A stretch of DNA of 64,000 nucleotides, taken from NCBI GenBank assembly GCA_963665615.2, contig CAXXQE010000001.1, positions 513,151 through 577,150 on the forward strand, given 5' to 3'. The translations under genes and the position numbers were made by a program. The stretch is from Syntrophales bacterium (GTDB lineage Bacteria > Desulfobacterota > Syntrophia > Syntrophales > UBA4778). Within the stretch, counting starts at the first letter, position 1; every line of letters starts with the position of its first letter. Shown here piece after piece: positions 18,946 through 28,055 of the stretch. Under the pieces are notes generated by a model. The model saw only the letters and a list, made by a program, of their open reading frames with translations. It made no database searches and was not told the DNA's origin.

Positions 18946-18986
18946 AAAACAAAAAAGCCATGGGAGCTTTCGTCTACCCATGGCTT
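18946..18986 (-). terminator. Attenuator terminator hairpin
   Basis: Minus strand AAGCCATGGG-TAGACGAAAGCT-CCCATGGCTT followed by TTTTGTTTT. Confidence 0.8.
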
Positions 18987-19004
18987 AGATTTTACTACTC
19001 TTTC

Positions 19005-19097
19005 CTAAGTCCTCCTAGCCGATGGGCAGACGGATGCGTAAAAGTAATAATAAAAGCTAAACCAGAAATTAAAACTAACGCAAGAAAGTCTGTCCAT
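19005..19097 (-). CDS. Aromatic-amino-acid leader peptide MDRLSCVSFNFWFSFYYYFYASVCPSARRT
   Basis: 10 of 12 consecutive codons are Phe/Tyr/Trp; upstream of aroF with antiterminator/terminator pairing. Confidence 0.85.
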   Translation of the reverse strand: MDRLSCVSFNFWFSFYYYFYASVCPSARRT

Positions 19098-19297
19098 GAT
19101 TAAAAGGGCTTTATCCTCATTTTTTTCTTCTTTAAACATATTCCCACTTGCCATGTCAAGAAAAAATAACCGGCCAGATCGGCGTTTGTCCGATGACATA
19201 AATTTCTTGTTTCAAGATTATCGGAAGTGTGCTAAACATCCCGAATTAATCCACGGTATTATCCGATCGTTAATTCCCCAAGAGGAGATTGTTTCGT

Positions 19298-19861
19298 ATG
19301 TACAGTGCCAGTGACCTTCGCAAAGGCCTGCGTCTCAAGATGGACGGAGAGCCCTATGTCATCACCGAGTTCAACTTCGTCAAGCCCGGCAAAGGCCAGT
19401 CCCTTTATAAGTGCAAGCTCAAAAACATGATCAACGGCGCCCAGTTCGAGCGGACCTTCAGAGACGTCGATACGTTCGAGCAGGCCGACTTGCAGTCCAA
19501 GACGATGCAGTATCTGTACAAGGAAGATGACAAGTACTGCTTCATGGACAACGAAAACTACGAGCAGATTTACATGAGTGAGGATCAGGTCGGCGACAAC
19601 AAGAACTACATGATCGACAATATAGAGGTCGAGATCCTGCTCTTTGAAGACCGTCCCATCGACGTGACCCTGCCCAACACCGTGGATCTGATTGTTGCCA
19701 AGGCCGATCCGTGGGCCAAGGGCGATTCCGTCTCCGGCAACTACAAGCCTGTCATCCTCGAGACCGGCTACAAGATCCTGGTGCCGCCCTTTGTCGAAGA
19801 AGGGGAGAAGATACGAGTCGATACCCGGTCGGGCGAGTATGTGACGCGAGTTAAGGACTGA
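19298..19861 (+). CDS. efp: Elongation factor P
   Basis: VKPGKG loop, ETG, VPPFVEEG, VDTRSGEY; RBS AAGAGGAG. Confidence 0.97.
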   Translation: MYSASDLRKGLRLKMDGEPYVITEFNFVKPGKGQSLYKCKLKNMINGAQFERTFRDVDTFEQADLQSKTMQYLYKEDDKYCFMDNENYEQIYMSEDQVGDNKNYMIDNIEVEILLFEDRPIDVTLPNTVDLIVAKADPWAKGDSVSGNYKPVILETGYKILVPPFVEEGEKIRVDTRSGEYVTRVKD

Positions 19862-19865
19862 AAAG

Positions 19866-19945
19866 CAGTAAACAGTAAATAGTGAACAGTAAACAGTGAA
19901 CAGCGGCTGACGCCGCAGTGACGAGTAACAAGTCACGAGTGACGG
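19866..19945 (+). repeat. Heptamer tandem repeat plus 42-bp element also found inverted at 38726-38767
   Basis: cagtaaa/tagtgaa units then agcggctgacgccgcagtgacgagtaacaagtcacgagtgac. Confidence 0.75.
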
Positions 19946-19970
19946 GTAGAGAATCATGGCGTTGTTTGTT

Positions 19971-19998
19971 GTCATTGCGAGCGAAGCGAAGCAATCTC
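19971..19998 (+). repeat. REP/RPE-like palindromic repeat gtcattgcgagcgaagcgaagcaatct
   Basis: Same motif at 33328-33354 and as an inverted pair at 53407-53484. Confidence 0.7.
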
Positions 19999-20035
19999 GC
20001 TGTTAAATTGCCCACTGAGTCGGCGCCTTTCATCA

Positions 20036-20959
20036 ATGAAAGAATTGCAGGTACTGGCCGCCAAGGCTGAAAATCTGAAGATGCGATCCCGGATCATGCA
20101 AACGATCCGGGATTTCTTTATGGCGCGGGATTACCTCGAAGTGGAAACCCCCATTCGTATTCCTGCGCCCGCGCCCGAGTCCCACATCGACGCCATTGCT
20201 TCCGAAGGGTGGTTCCTTCAGACTTCTCCCGAGCTGTGCATGAAGCGGCTCCTGGCCGTGGGATACCCGAGGATCTTTCAGATCTGCAAGTGCTTTCGGA
20301 AGGCGGAACGCGGCGACCGGCACCTGCCGGAGTTTTCCATGCTGGAATGGTATTGCGCCGGGATCGATTACGGGGAATTAATGCGGGAGTGCGAGGACAT
20401 GGTCCTGGCTGTTGCGCGCAAGGTCGTTGGCGCCGACACGGTCACGTTCCAGGGCAGGGAGATTTCAGTCTCTGCCCCCTGGGAGCGGTTGAGTGTCCGT
20501 CAGGCCTTTGAACGTTATACGCCCGTTTCCATGGAGCAGGCGCTCGCCGACAACAGCTTCAACGAGCGGATGGCCTTCGAGATCGAGCCGCAGTTGGGCT
20601 GGGAGCGACCGGTCTTTCTCTATGATTACCCCCTCGCCCTGGGCGCGCTGGCCCGGAAGAGTCCTGCCGATCCCAGCGTTGCCGAGCGCTTCGAGCTCTA
20701 TATTGGCGGTCTGGAGCTGGTGAATGCCTTTTCCGAACTGATCGACCCCGTCGAGCAGCGCGAGCGTTTTGCCCAGGAAAAGCAATACCGCGCCTCTGCC
20801 GGCAAGGCCGTCTATCCCGATGCCGATAGCTTTCTTGACAGTCTCCACCTCATGCCCGAATCCGCCGGGGCCGCCCTGGGCCTGGACCGGCTCTGCATGG
20901 TCTTCGCGGATACACTTGTTATCGATGAGGTTGCGACCTTCACGACGGAAGAACTATAG
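20036..20959 (+). CDS. epmA: EF-P lysine aminoacylase
   Basis: LQTSPELCMKRLL, HLPEFSMLEWY, AERFELYI, ALGLDRL; adjacent to efp. Confidence 0.95.
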   Translation: MKELQVLAAKAENLKMRSRIMQTIRDFFMARDYLEVETPIRIPAPAPESHIDAIASEGWFLQTSPELCMKRLLAVGYPRIFQICKCFRKAERGDRHLPEFSMLEWYCAGIDYGELMRECEDMVLAVARKVVGADTVTFQGREISVSAPWERLSVRQAFERYTPVSMEQALADNSFNERMAFEIEPQLGWERPVFLYDYPLALGALARKSPADPSVAERFELYIGGLELVNAFSELIDPVEQRERFAQEKQYRASAGKAVYPDADSFLDSLHLMPESAGAALGLDRLCMVFADTLVIDEVATFTTEEL

Positions 20960-21081
20960 CCGGCTGTTTTAAAAGGCTCATCTGCTGCGTTGCGCTCCGG
21001 GCCGTGGTGCTCACGTATTAACAATACGCTCCGCGCCCCGGTCCTCGCACGCCTTGCATCTAAACCTTTTAAAGCAGCCGG
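20960..21081. mobile_element. MITE-like element with terminal inverted repeats
   Basis: ccggctgttttaaaagg ... ccttttaaagcagccgg; non-coding, abuts epmA TAG. Confidence 0.6.
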
Positions 21082-21156
21082 GAATTCATTTTGTTCTGAA
21101 CGACTCAACAGAAGAATAGCAAAAAGCACCATCTCTTACACTGGACGTCGATTCCT

Positions 21157-21181
21157 GTCATTCCCGCGCAGGCGGGAATCC
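21157..21181. repeat. REP-like palindrome gtcattcccgcgcaggcgggaatcc
   Basis: ATTCCCGC...GCGGGAAT hairpin typical of dispersed palindromic repeats. Confidence 0.6.
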
Positions 21182-21304
21182 AGACATGTTTTCATAAGGT
21201 TATTAAAAGATGGGAACGGAATAATCTGGAAAGAGGAAAGGCAGAAGAGCGCTTTTTACCCGTTACTTGTGACTCGTCACGGGTGACTGTCTTTGAGAAA
21301 AAAA

Positions 21305-21380
21305 TGGAGCCACCGAGGAGACTTGAACTCCTGACCTAGCGATTACGAATCGCTTGCTCTACCAACTGAGCTACGGTGGC
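21305..21380 (-). tRNA. tRNA-Thr(CGT)
   Basis: gccaccgtagctcagttggtagagc...gcgattCGTaatcgc...gttcaagt...ggtggctCCA; TTGACA-17-TATAAA upstream (21420-21392). Confidence 0.97.
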
Positions 21381-21796
21381 TTGAGGGGCCTTTTATAGAT
21401 GCAAACACCGGCTTTGTCAAGATTTTATCCGGCTTAACGACATGCTTCGGCGCGTGGGGGTGGGGTGGTTATAAGCCGTCGTTCTGGGTACGCCGCCTTT
21501 GTTTATCTCTTTTGAAATTCAGGCGTAGCCGGTTGATTTTTTTTAAATCCTTAGGTCTGCATTTTTCACGCAATAATCTTTGACAATCCACCAGAATCTG
21601 CCTAGAAAAATAGGGGAATCAAAGGAACTTCGAAGGCGGGTCGGTCTTGGCGATGGATGTTGAAGACTCCCCGGAGCAAACTCTGGCGAATCTCCAATTT
21701 CAAGGGAAGATATCGGTCCTGATTCGCTCGCTACCCCCGCGCAGGCTACGGGAAATGCGCTTGCTGAAAAATTCAAATCAATTCTGGAGAAAAAAG

Positions 21797-22243
21797 ATGC
21801 AAGATGGAAACAATGATCGGCTTCCGAAAGACGGGGTCGAAGCACAGGGCATGCTCATCAAGGCTTTTTATGAAAAATACGGGGATGACATCCTGCCCAT
21901 CGTTGATCGGATTCTGGGTTTGCAGGGCAGGGCGCTGGGCTTGAGGGTTAAGAGCAAATTGCCGGACAATCGATTGTCAACCGTAGCGAACGTATTTATG
22001 AAGAATTTCGATCCGGCTACGAGCAAAGCGCTCTCAATAACAGACAGTGAAATTAAACTGTGGGGCTGCAAATGTCCCTTCGGCCTGGAGAATACTTCTA
22101 GGAAGCTCTGTGAAGCGGTCATGGCAATTGATCGTGAATATTTTTATGTTGCAACTGACGGAAAAACGAGTCTCAAGATTCTGAAAACAATGGCGGAAGG
22201 GGCGAACGAATGTGAAACGGTTTATACGCTCCAGCAAGAGTGA
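21797..22243 (+). CDS. Hypothetical V4R/ATC-hydrolase-like Cys-motif protein
   Basis: CKCPF...LCEAVMAID...EC pattern; RBS GGAG. Confidence 0.55.
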   Translation: MQDGNNDRLPKDGVEAQGMLIKAFYEKYGDDILPIVDRILGLQGRALGLRVKSKLPDNRLSTVANVFMKNFDPATSKALSITDSEIKLWGCKCPFGLENTSRKLCEAVMAIDREYFYVATDGKTSLKILKTMAEGANECETVYTLQQE

Positions 22244-22349
22244 ATCGTCAGGATAGAGGATGGGTCGGTTGTAGATCGTAGCATTGGAAGAACGCTTGGT
22301 TGACAAAATCGTGGGTTGGTTCTAGGACGGCAAAAAAGGAGAAGACGAG

Positions 22350-23393
22350 ATGCAAGAAGAAAATATCACAAATCAAAATCAGGATCTCTATGGTGAGCTG
22401 GCCTCCCGGGTGAAGAGTTCGGAGTCGACGATTATTCCAAAATTGTTTCGGATACTGGCAGATGAGATCGATGCAAAAATTCTCCTGGCGCTTCCCGGCA
22501 ACATCTCTGATCTATCGGGGCAGTTGGGCCTTGAACCTGCTGATGTTGAAGCAAGGCTCGAAGGTCTCTTTCAAAAGGGCGTTGTTTTTCGCAATAAAAA
22601 GAAGTCCCCGGTTGTGTATAAAATGGCCAAGGATGCCATGCATCTGCACGATTGTAGCATGCAATGGCAAGACGGCGGCGAGGCGTTTCGAGATCTCTGG
22701 CGGCAGTGGGGTGAAGAAGAGTGGCCAGCAATTTCGGAGTTGGAAAGGGGCAAGAAGCCCATTACCAGGCTCCTTGCTGCCGACATCTGGATTGACTCCC
22801 CCAAGGATAAAATTCTGCCGTTCGACAGTATTCGAGAGATCATCACGCAAGCCAGAAGTCTGGCCGTTATGCCCTGTGCCTGCAGAATCAAATATGGAGG
22901 CAAGTGCGGGCACCGCATGGAAGGATGCATCGTGTTGAACGGCTCTGCCGATTACAATATCGAACGGGGGACTGCCAGGAAAATAGACGCGACAGAGGCC
23001 CTTGACATTATTGAAAAATGTGAAGAGGACGGTCTGTTGCATCTTACCGGCGCCAATTCCCAGTCGGATCCCGGTCCGATCATCTGCAATTGCTGCCCCT
23101 GTTGTTGCATAGCGCTTCCCTTGATTCTGCGGGACCAGTGCTGGGTCGATCCGTCACGTTTCTGCGCCCAGATTGACCAGGAAAAATGCTATGGCAATGG
23201 TTGCCTGATATGTCAGGAACGTTGTTATTTTGATGCCATTAAAACAGCAGAAGATGGCAAAGCAACCGTCATCAAAGAGAAGTGCACAGGCTGCGGATTG
23301 TGCAAGAGAAAATGTCCCGCAGATGCGATTACGTGGATCGAGGAACGTGAACCGGATTTTGTGCCGAAGGTCAACAGCGCCAAGCTTTATTAG
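22350..23393 (+). CDS. 4Fe-4S binding protein with N-terminal HTH-like region
   Basis: CACR, ICNCCPCCC, CYGNGCLICQERC, CTGCGLCKRKCP. Confidence 0.88.
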   Translation: MQEENITNQNQDLYGELASRVKSSESTIIPKLFRILADEIDAKILLALPGNISDLSGQLGLEPADVEARLEGLFQKGVVFRNKKKSPVVYKMAKDAMHLHDCSMQWQDGGEAFRDLWRQWGEEEWPAISELERGKKPITRLLAADIWIDSPKDKILPFDSIREIITQARSLAVMPCACRIKYGGKCGHRMEGCIVLNGSADYNIERGTARKIDATEALDIIEKCEEDGLLHLTGANSQSDPGPIICNCCPCCCIALPLILRDQCWVDPSRFCAQIDQEKCYGNGCLICQERCYFDAIKTAEDGKATVIKEKCTGCGLCKRKCPADAITWIEEREPDFVPKVNSAKLY

Positions 23394-23499
23394 TTGGTTT
23401 ACACCATACGGCCGACGGACCTCTGCTTTTCAAAACTGACAGGATGAACGTTCTGGTGCTTCTCCTTCAGTGATGGCCTGACGGGAAGGGGAATGCGCA

Positions 23500-24066
23500 A
23501 TGAGGGCATTGATTGCGGTATTCGTCCTGGGTGTCATGGTTGCTGTCTGCCAAGCCGGAGAGCCGCAGGCCACCGAACAGGACAATCTCATCATCGAGAA
23601 GGTGTTGCAGCATAAGTACGAGGACGGCGGATTCACCGTGGTGGATCCTGTAACGTATATCCATCATGGGTGTGGCGCGGCAAAAGATTTCATTAAATCC
23701 AGACTCAGACTTGAGGAATATGATCTGGATGCATTGCTGGATAGGCTATGCGAAAAAAACAAAACATCCTTTTGCCTTTCAATAGAATCTCAACCGGCCA
23801 AAGGATATTTTATTGATTACGACGGCGTCTATTACAAATACTTTAAAAAAGACGGAGGCGGTTGGGACGCCTGGTACAAGGATCATCCTAATGCCCACGG
23901 ACGCACCCGTATTTCCTTGCCTGCCTATGATGAGAAGCAAGGCATCGTTCTTATATATCTAGGCCGCCGATCTGGCGGCAAGTCTGGCGCCGGTTATGTC
24001 ATAGCCTATCGATACGAGAACGGAGAACTGAGGGAGATTGGGCGAGTCATGCTGTGGATTTCATAG
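23500..24066 (+). CDS. Hypothetical exported protein
   Basis: Signal peptide, RBS, 188-aa ORF. Confidence 0.65.
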   Translation: MRALIAVFVLGVMVAVCQAGEPQATEQDNLIIEKVLQHKYEDGGFTVVDPVTYIHHGCGAAKDFIKSRLRLEEYDLDALLDRLCEKNKTSFCLSIESQPAKGYFIDYDGVYYKYFKKDGGGWDAWYKDHPNAHGRTRISLPAYDEKQGIVLIYLGRRSGGKSGAGYVIAYRYENGELREIGRVMLWIS

Positions 24067-24234
24067 CTCAGACCCGAAGAGACCTTGGCAAGCGTCACTT
24101 CGAGTAGAAGAATAAGACGGCTGCTGGAGATCTCTCGCTGTAGGACAGAGTGGATTCCGAGTCAAAATGATGATAGGACGTTTTTTCAGATTCTCAAGAG
24201 GGTTAATACAAATGCTGAAGCGGAGGGGGTCATA

Positions 24235-25104
24235 ATGAAAAAAAGTCTGTCTCTTTTTCTTGTCTCATTTTTGTTGGTTGGTCTGGCTGGCTGCGCGAGC
24301 AATTTTACGAGGTCCACGCGTTCTCAGCCGCTTTCCAATCTCCTGGAACCCGTTAAGGAATCGCGGCAGATTGCAACAAAAACGCCGCTCACGCTCCCTA
24401 CATCTGTCGCGATTATCATGGCGCCGAATAGCGGCAACAATGCCGTTCCCAATACCACGCTCCGATTGGCCGCTGAAAAGCTCAAACAGCAACTTCTGAT
24501 CAATCCGAAGTATGTCAGTGCCGTCGCGATCGTGGCCATCGATGATATCCAGAACAAACTTTCACTGGACAAGATCCGGGAATTGTATGCTACCGACATC
24601 GCCATTGTTGTTTCGCATCAGCAGGATCAGCGCAGTACGCAGAGCGGACCTGTCGGCCTCCTCGATCTGACGATTGTCGGGGCCTTCACGGTTCCCGGTG
24701 TGGAGACAAAGACATCGACCGTTATTGACGGGCGGGTGATTCATATTCCCAGCAATGCCATCATCTTTACAAAGAGCGGAACGGATGAACGCTCGGCCAA
24801 ATCAACCACGTATGCCCAGGAGAGCGTGGCGAGAGAAGCGTCCATCAACAGCCTGACTGCTGCGGTGAGCAACTTCGGTGATGCGCTTGTGAGTGCAATG
24901 TCGAAATTCGACAATTACGATCTTTCCCAGGCCGTGCCGCTCTCTTCGTCAACGGGCGGTTCTGATGCCAGGAAAAACGAAAAGGCCGCGAACGACTATT
25001 GGTCAAAAGTAGATACCTATAAATCGGGTGGTGGCGGCTCAATGGGGTTTGTCTCACTAATTCTCTGTGCGGGAGCAGTTCTGGTTGCATGGCGCCGCAA
25101 ATAG
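24235..25104 (+). CDS. Rhombotarget lipoprotein with GlyGly-CTERM tail
   Basis: Lipobox LAGC; C-terminus SGGGGSMGFVSLILCAGAVLVAWRRK; followed by a rhomboid gene. Confidence 0.85.
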   Translation: MKKSLSLFLVSFLLVGLAGCASNFTRSTRSQPLSNLLEPVKESRQIATKTPLTLPTSVAIIMAPNSGNNAVPNTTLRLAAEKLKQQLLINPKYVSAVAIVAIDDIQNKLSLDKIRELYATDIAIVVSHQQDQRSTQSGPVGLLDLTIVGAFTVPGVETKTSTVIDGRVIHIPSNAIIFTKSGTDERSAKSTTYAQESVAREASINSLTAAVSNFGDALVSAMSKFDNYDLSQAVPLSSSTGGSDARKNEKAANDYWSKVDTYKSGGGGSMGFVSLILCAGAVLVAWRRK

Positions 25105-25670
25105 TCTTTACTCTCAGCGTCGCGGCCGCTGCAGCCGTGATCACTTCATCGGCGCTCTTGAGCAGCCTGGCGTCGTTGGATGTTGCGAAGGTGATGTCTG
25201 GCGAGGTCTGGCGAGTCATTACCGGCCACCTCTCTCACTTGACTTGGCGGCAATACGCCGTCGATTCGAGTGCCTTTGTTATTTTGTATACGATATTAGC
25301 CGACAAGGCGGGGCTTCGTTCGTCTATTTTGTTATGCGCGTTTTCGGCCTTAGCGGTATCTCTGGTTGTTGTTCTGGCGGGTGTTCATCAGATATACGGC
25401 GGACTTTCAGGCTTGACATATGCCGGCTGCTCGGCTTTGATTTTTCTCGGCATGTTAGAACGTCCCCGGCAACTTGCGATTTACATTGTGGGGTTGCTCT
25501 TTCTGCTGTACGTCATTTTTTTTGAAGGAACTGCCAGTGGAGTGATCAGTGTGGCCAGGGAGGCACATATCGCAGGTGTTTTTGCAGGGCTATCTTTTAT
25601 CGTCATGAGGAGACTGTTTTCGGGTGGCTTGCAATTAAGCTCAAAGACTGAGGAACCGATCGATAAATAA
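25089..25670 (+). CDS. rrtA: Rhombosortase (rhomboid family intramembrane protease)
   Basis: GEVWRVITGHLSH, YGGLSG catalytic Ser, EAHIAG catalytic His. Confidence 0.85.
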   Translation: MAPQIVFTLSVAAAAAVITSSALLSSLASLDVAKVMSGEVWRVITGHLSHLTWRQYAVDSSAFVILYTILADKAGLRSSILLCAFSALAVSLVVVLAGVHQIYGGLSGLTYAGCSALIFLGMLERPRQLAIYIVGLLFLLYVIFFEGTASGVISVAREAHIAGVFAGLSFIVMRRLFSGGLQLSSKTEEPIDK

Positions 25671-25688
25671 TCTGCATTGTGTGCCATT

Positions 25689-26567
25689 ATGGAAAATACG
25701 AAACTTGGAATAGAAACGCTGATCAAGGCTTATATCAACAACTCTCCTGAAAATACGCTGGGCAATGCCGATAACGACAGGGCGTGGGGGGAGCCGCTCG
25801 TCGGCTTTTCGCGCGGCGACGATCCGCTCTATCGTGCGTATAAGGAACATGTCGGGCCGTTTCACTGGACGCCGCTCGAGGCCTTCCGGCTTGCCTTTCC
25901 GGAGATCGAAGCGACGGAACGCGATCTGACGGTCGTCAGCTGGATCCTGCCACTAACGGAAAAGACGCGCGCCGATCTGAGGAAGGCAACAGCCTGCACT
26001 CCGGAGAGCTGCGCCAGAACCAGGATTTTCGGTGAGGCCGTCAACGTCAAACTGCGCCAGCACGTCGCCGCCGCGCTTCAGGAAGCCGGGGTCGATGCCG
26101 TTGCGCCGCTGTGTCTGCCGGAATATAAGGTGGAGATGTCGGAGCGTTACGGGTATGCCGCCACCTGGTCGGAGCGGCATGCCGCCCATGCATCAGGACT
26201 GGGGACTTTCGGCCTCTGCGACGGGCTTATCACGCCGATAGGGAAGGCAATGCGTTGCGGTTCCGTTGTGGCGCGTATTGCTGTCGAGCCCACGCCGCGC
26301 CCCTATGCCGATCACCGCGAATACTGTCTCTTTTTTACGCATGGCGCCTGTAAGCTGTGCATCGCGCGCTGTCCCGTGAGCGCATTGAGCGAGTCGGGAC
26401 ATGACAAGGTCAAATGCCGCGCCTACCTGTTTGAAGATACCAAAAAGTATGTTGAAAAAAACTACGGCTTCGAAGGCTATGGCTGCGGTTTTTGCCAGTC
26501 CAGCGTTCCCTGCGAGTCAGGCATTCCAGGCTGTGAGCAAGGTCCTCGTTCCAAAGAAGGACGATAG
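25689..26567 (+). CDS. Epoxyqueuosine-reductase-like 4Fe-4S protein
   Basis: WSERHAAHASGLGTFG, CKLCIARCP, CGFCQSSVPC. Confidence 0.8.
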   Translation: MENTKLGIETLIKAYINNSPENTLGNADNDRAWGEPLVGFSRGDDPLYRAYKEHVGPFHWTPLEAFRLAFPEIEATERDLTVVSWILPLTEKTRADLRKATACTPESCARTRIFGEAVNVKLRQHVAAALQEAGVDAVAPLCLPEYKVEMSERYGYAATWSERHAAHASGLGTFGLCDGLITPIGKAMRCGSVVARIAVEPTPRPYADHREYCLFFTHGACKLCIARCPVSALSESGHDKVKCRAYLFEDTKKYVEKNYGFEGYGCGFCQSSVPCESGIPGCEQGPRSKEGR

Positions 26568-26602
26568 ACCGAATTTGGCGATCCGGTGAGGAGTTATACC
26601 CA

Positions 26603-27403
26603 ATGGCATCCGTAAAATCGAAGACCATGCCTGTTCTCTTTGTAGGGCATGGCAATCCCATGAATGTCGTTGCCCGCAACCGCTGGACGGAAGGCTGGCG
26701 AGCGCTCGGGCAGTCTCTGCCGCGGCCGCGGGCGATCCTGGCGGTCTCCGCGCATTGGTACCTGCCGGCGACGCTTTTAACGGCGATGCCGCACCCGCGC
26801 ACGATTCACGACTTCGGCGGCTTTCCCGAGGCATTGTATCAGATCACCTATCCCGCGCCGGGCGATCCCGCTTTGGCTGAGGGGATAAAGAATCTGCTCG
26901 TTTCGATTCCTGCGGCACTCGATGAACAATGGGGGCTGGATCACGGGACCTGGTCCGTTTTGCATCACATCTACCCCGAGGCCGATATCCCTGTAGTGCA
27001 ACTCAGCATCGACCGGACGAAACCACCTGCCTTCCACTATGAGCTTGGGAAGATGTTGGCGCCGCTGCGGGACGAGGGGGTGCTCATTTTTGGAAGTGGA
27101 AACCTTGTCCACAATCTCCGGGCATACGACTGGGAAAAACCCGGCGAGTGGGCCTTCGATTGGGGCGCGCGGTTTGAGGAAAAAGCGCGAGGGCTCATGC
27201 TTGCCGGTGATGATCGGGCACTGGTCGATTATCACGCGCTGGGACCGGATGCGCAGCTCGCCATTCCCACGCCCGATCATTACCTGCCGTTGCTCTATGT
27301 GTTGGGGGCCAGGGACGCGGAAGACCATGTAAGCTTCCCTGTTGAGGGGTTCGATAGCGGCTCGATGTCCATGCTGGCGGTTCTTGCGGGACGATCCGTT
27401 TGA
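26603..27403 (+). CDS. ygiD: 4,5-DOPA extradiol dioxygenase (LigB family)
   Basis: FVGHGNPMN, SAHW, GLDHGTW, GSGNLVHNL, PTPDHYLP. Confidence 0.92.
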   Translation: MASVKSKTMPVLFVGHGNPMNVVARNRWTEGWRALGQSLPRPRAILAVSAHWYLPATLLTAMPHPRTIHDFGGFPEALYQITYPAPGDPALAEGIKNLLVSIPAALDEQWGLDHGTWSVLHHIYPEADIPVVQLSIDRTKPPAFHYELGKMLAPLRDEGVLIFGSGNLVHNLRAYDWEKPGEWAFDWGARFEEKARGLMLAGDDRALVDYHALGPDAQLAIPTPDHYLPLLYVLGARDAEDHVSFPVEGFDSGSMSMLAVLAGRSV

Positions 27404-27435
27404 CCGGATGCCTGTCAACTTTTGAGAGGGCGCCT

Positions 27436-28050
27436 TTACAGGAACAGCCCGATGATCGAGAGCATTGCCCAACGGAAGAAGGCGATAAGAGGATTGAGGA
27501 CGCCGGTGTACAGCAGGATGATGATAATGAAAAAGCCGTAGGGCTCAAGCCGGGAGAGCATCTGCTGTGTTGGAACCGTCAGGAAACCCATGAGCATCTT
27601 GGAGCCGTCAAGCGGCGGGATGGGAATCAGATTGAAGGCGGCCAGCATGATGTTGATCTGACCGATAAACTCAACCACTTGATATTGAAGCGAAGATGGA
27701 GGGAACAGTCGGGAACACAGGAACGCGATAAAAGCCAGGCAAAAATTAGTGACAATGCCCGCCGAAGAGACGAGAAACAGTCCCTTTCGCTGATCGCGGA
27801 GGTTGTGATAGTTGACGGGGACAGGCTTTGCCCATCCGAATCCGACGAACAGCAGCATCAGCGTGCCGATGAGATCGAGGTGGCGGATGGGGTTCAGGGT
27901 CAGGCGTCCCAGCCATTTGGCGGTAGGATCGCCCATGCGGTTGGCGACCCAGCCGTGGGCCAGTTCATGAAAAATGATAGAATATAATAGTACAACGGCC
28001 ACCAATATGAAGGTGGCCGGATCCTGCCAGAGTAATTTGATCAGTCCCAT
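27436..28050 (-). CDS. Site-2 protease (M50) family protein
   Basis: [24 protein letters not shown]. Confidence 0.92.
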   Translation of the reverse strand: MGLIKLLWQDPATFILVAVVLLYSIIFHELAHGWVANRMGDPTAKWLGRLTLNPIRHLDLIGTLMLLFVGFGWAKPVPVNYHNLRDQRKGLFLVSSAGIVTNFCLAFIAFLCSRLFPPSSLQYQVVEFIGQINIMLAAFNLIPIPPLDGSKMLMGFLTVPTQQMLSRLEPYGFFIIIILLYTGVLNPLIAFFRWAMLSIIGLFL

Positions 28051-28055
28051 ATCCC

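Noticed and set aside
17868..18947. Long antisense ORFs (17868-18947 +, 53672-54556 -, 11263-12015 +, 50818-51651 + and similar)
   Set aside because: They are shadow frames opposite well-conserved genes in GC-rich DNA, with no recognisable motifs.
21305..27403. Genomic island integrated at tRNA-Thr
   Set aside because: The accessory genes lie on the 5' side of the tRNA; no integrase and no duplicated tRNA 3' end were seen.
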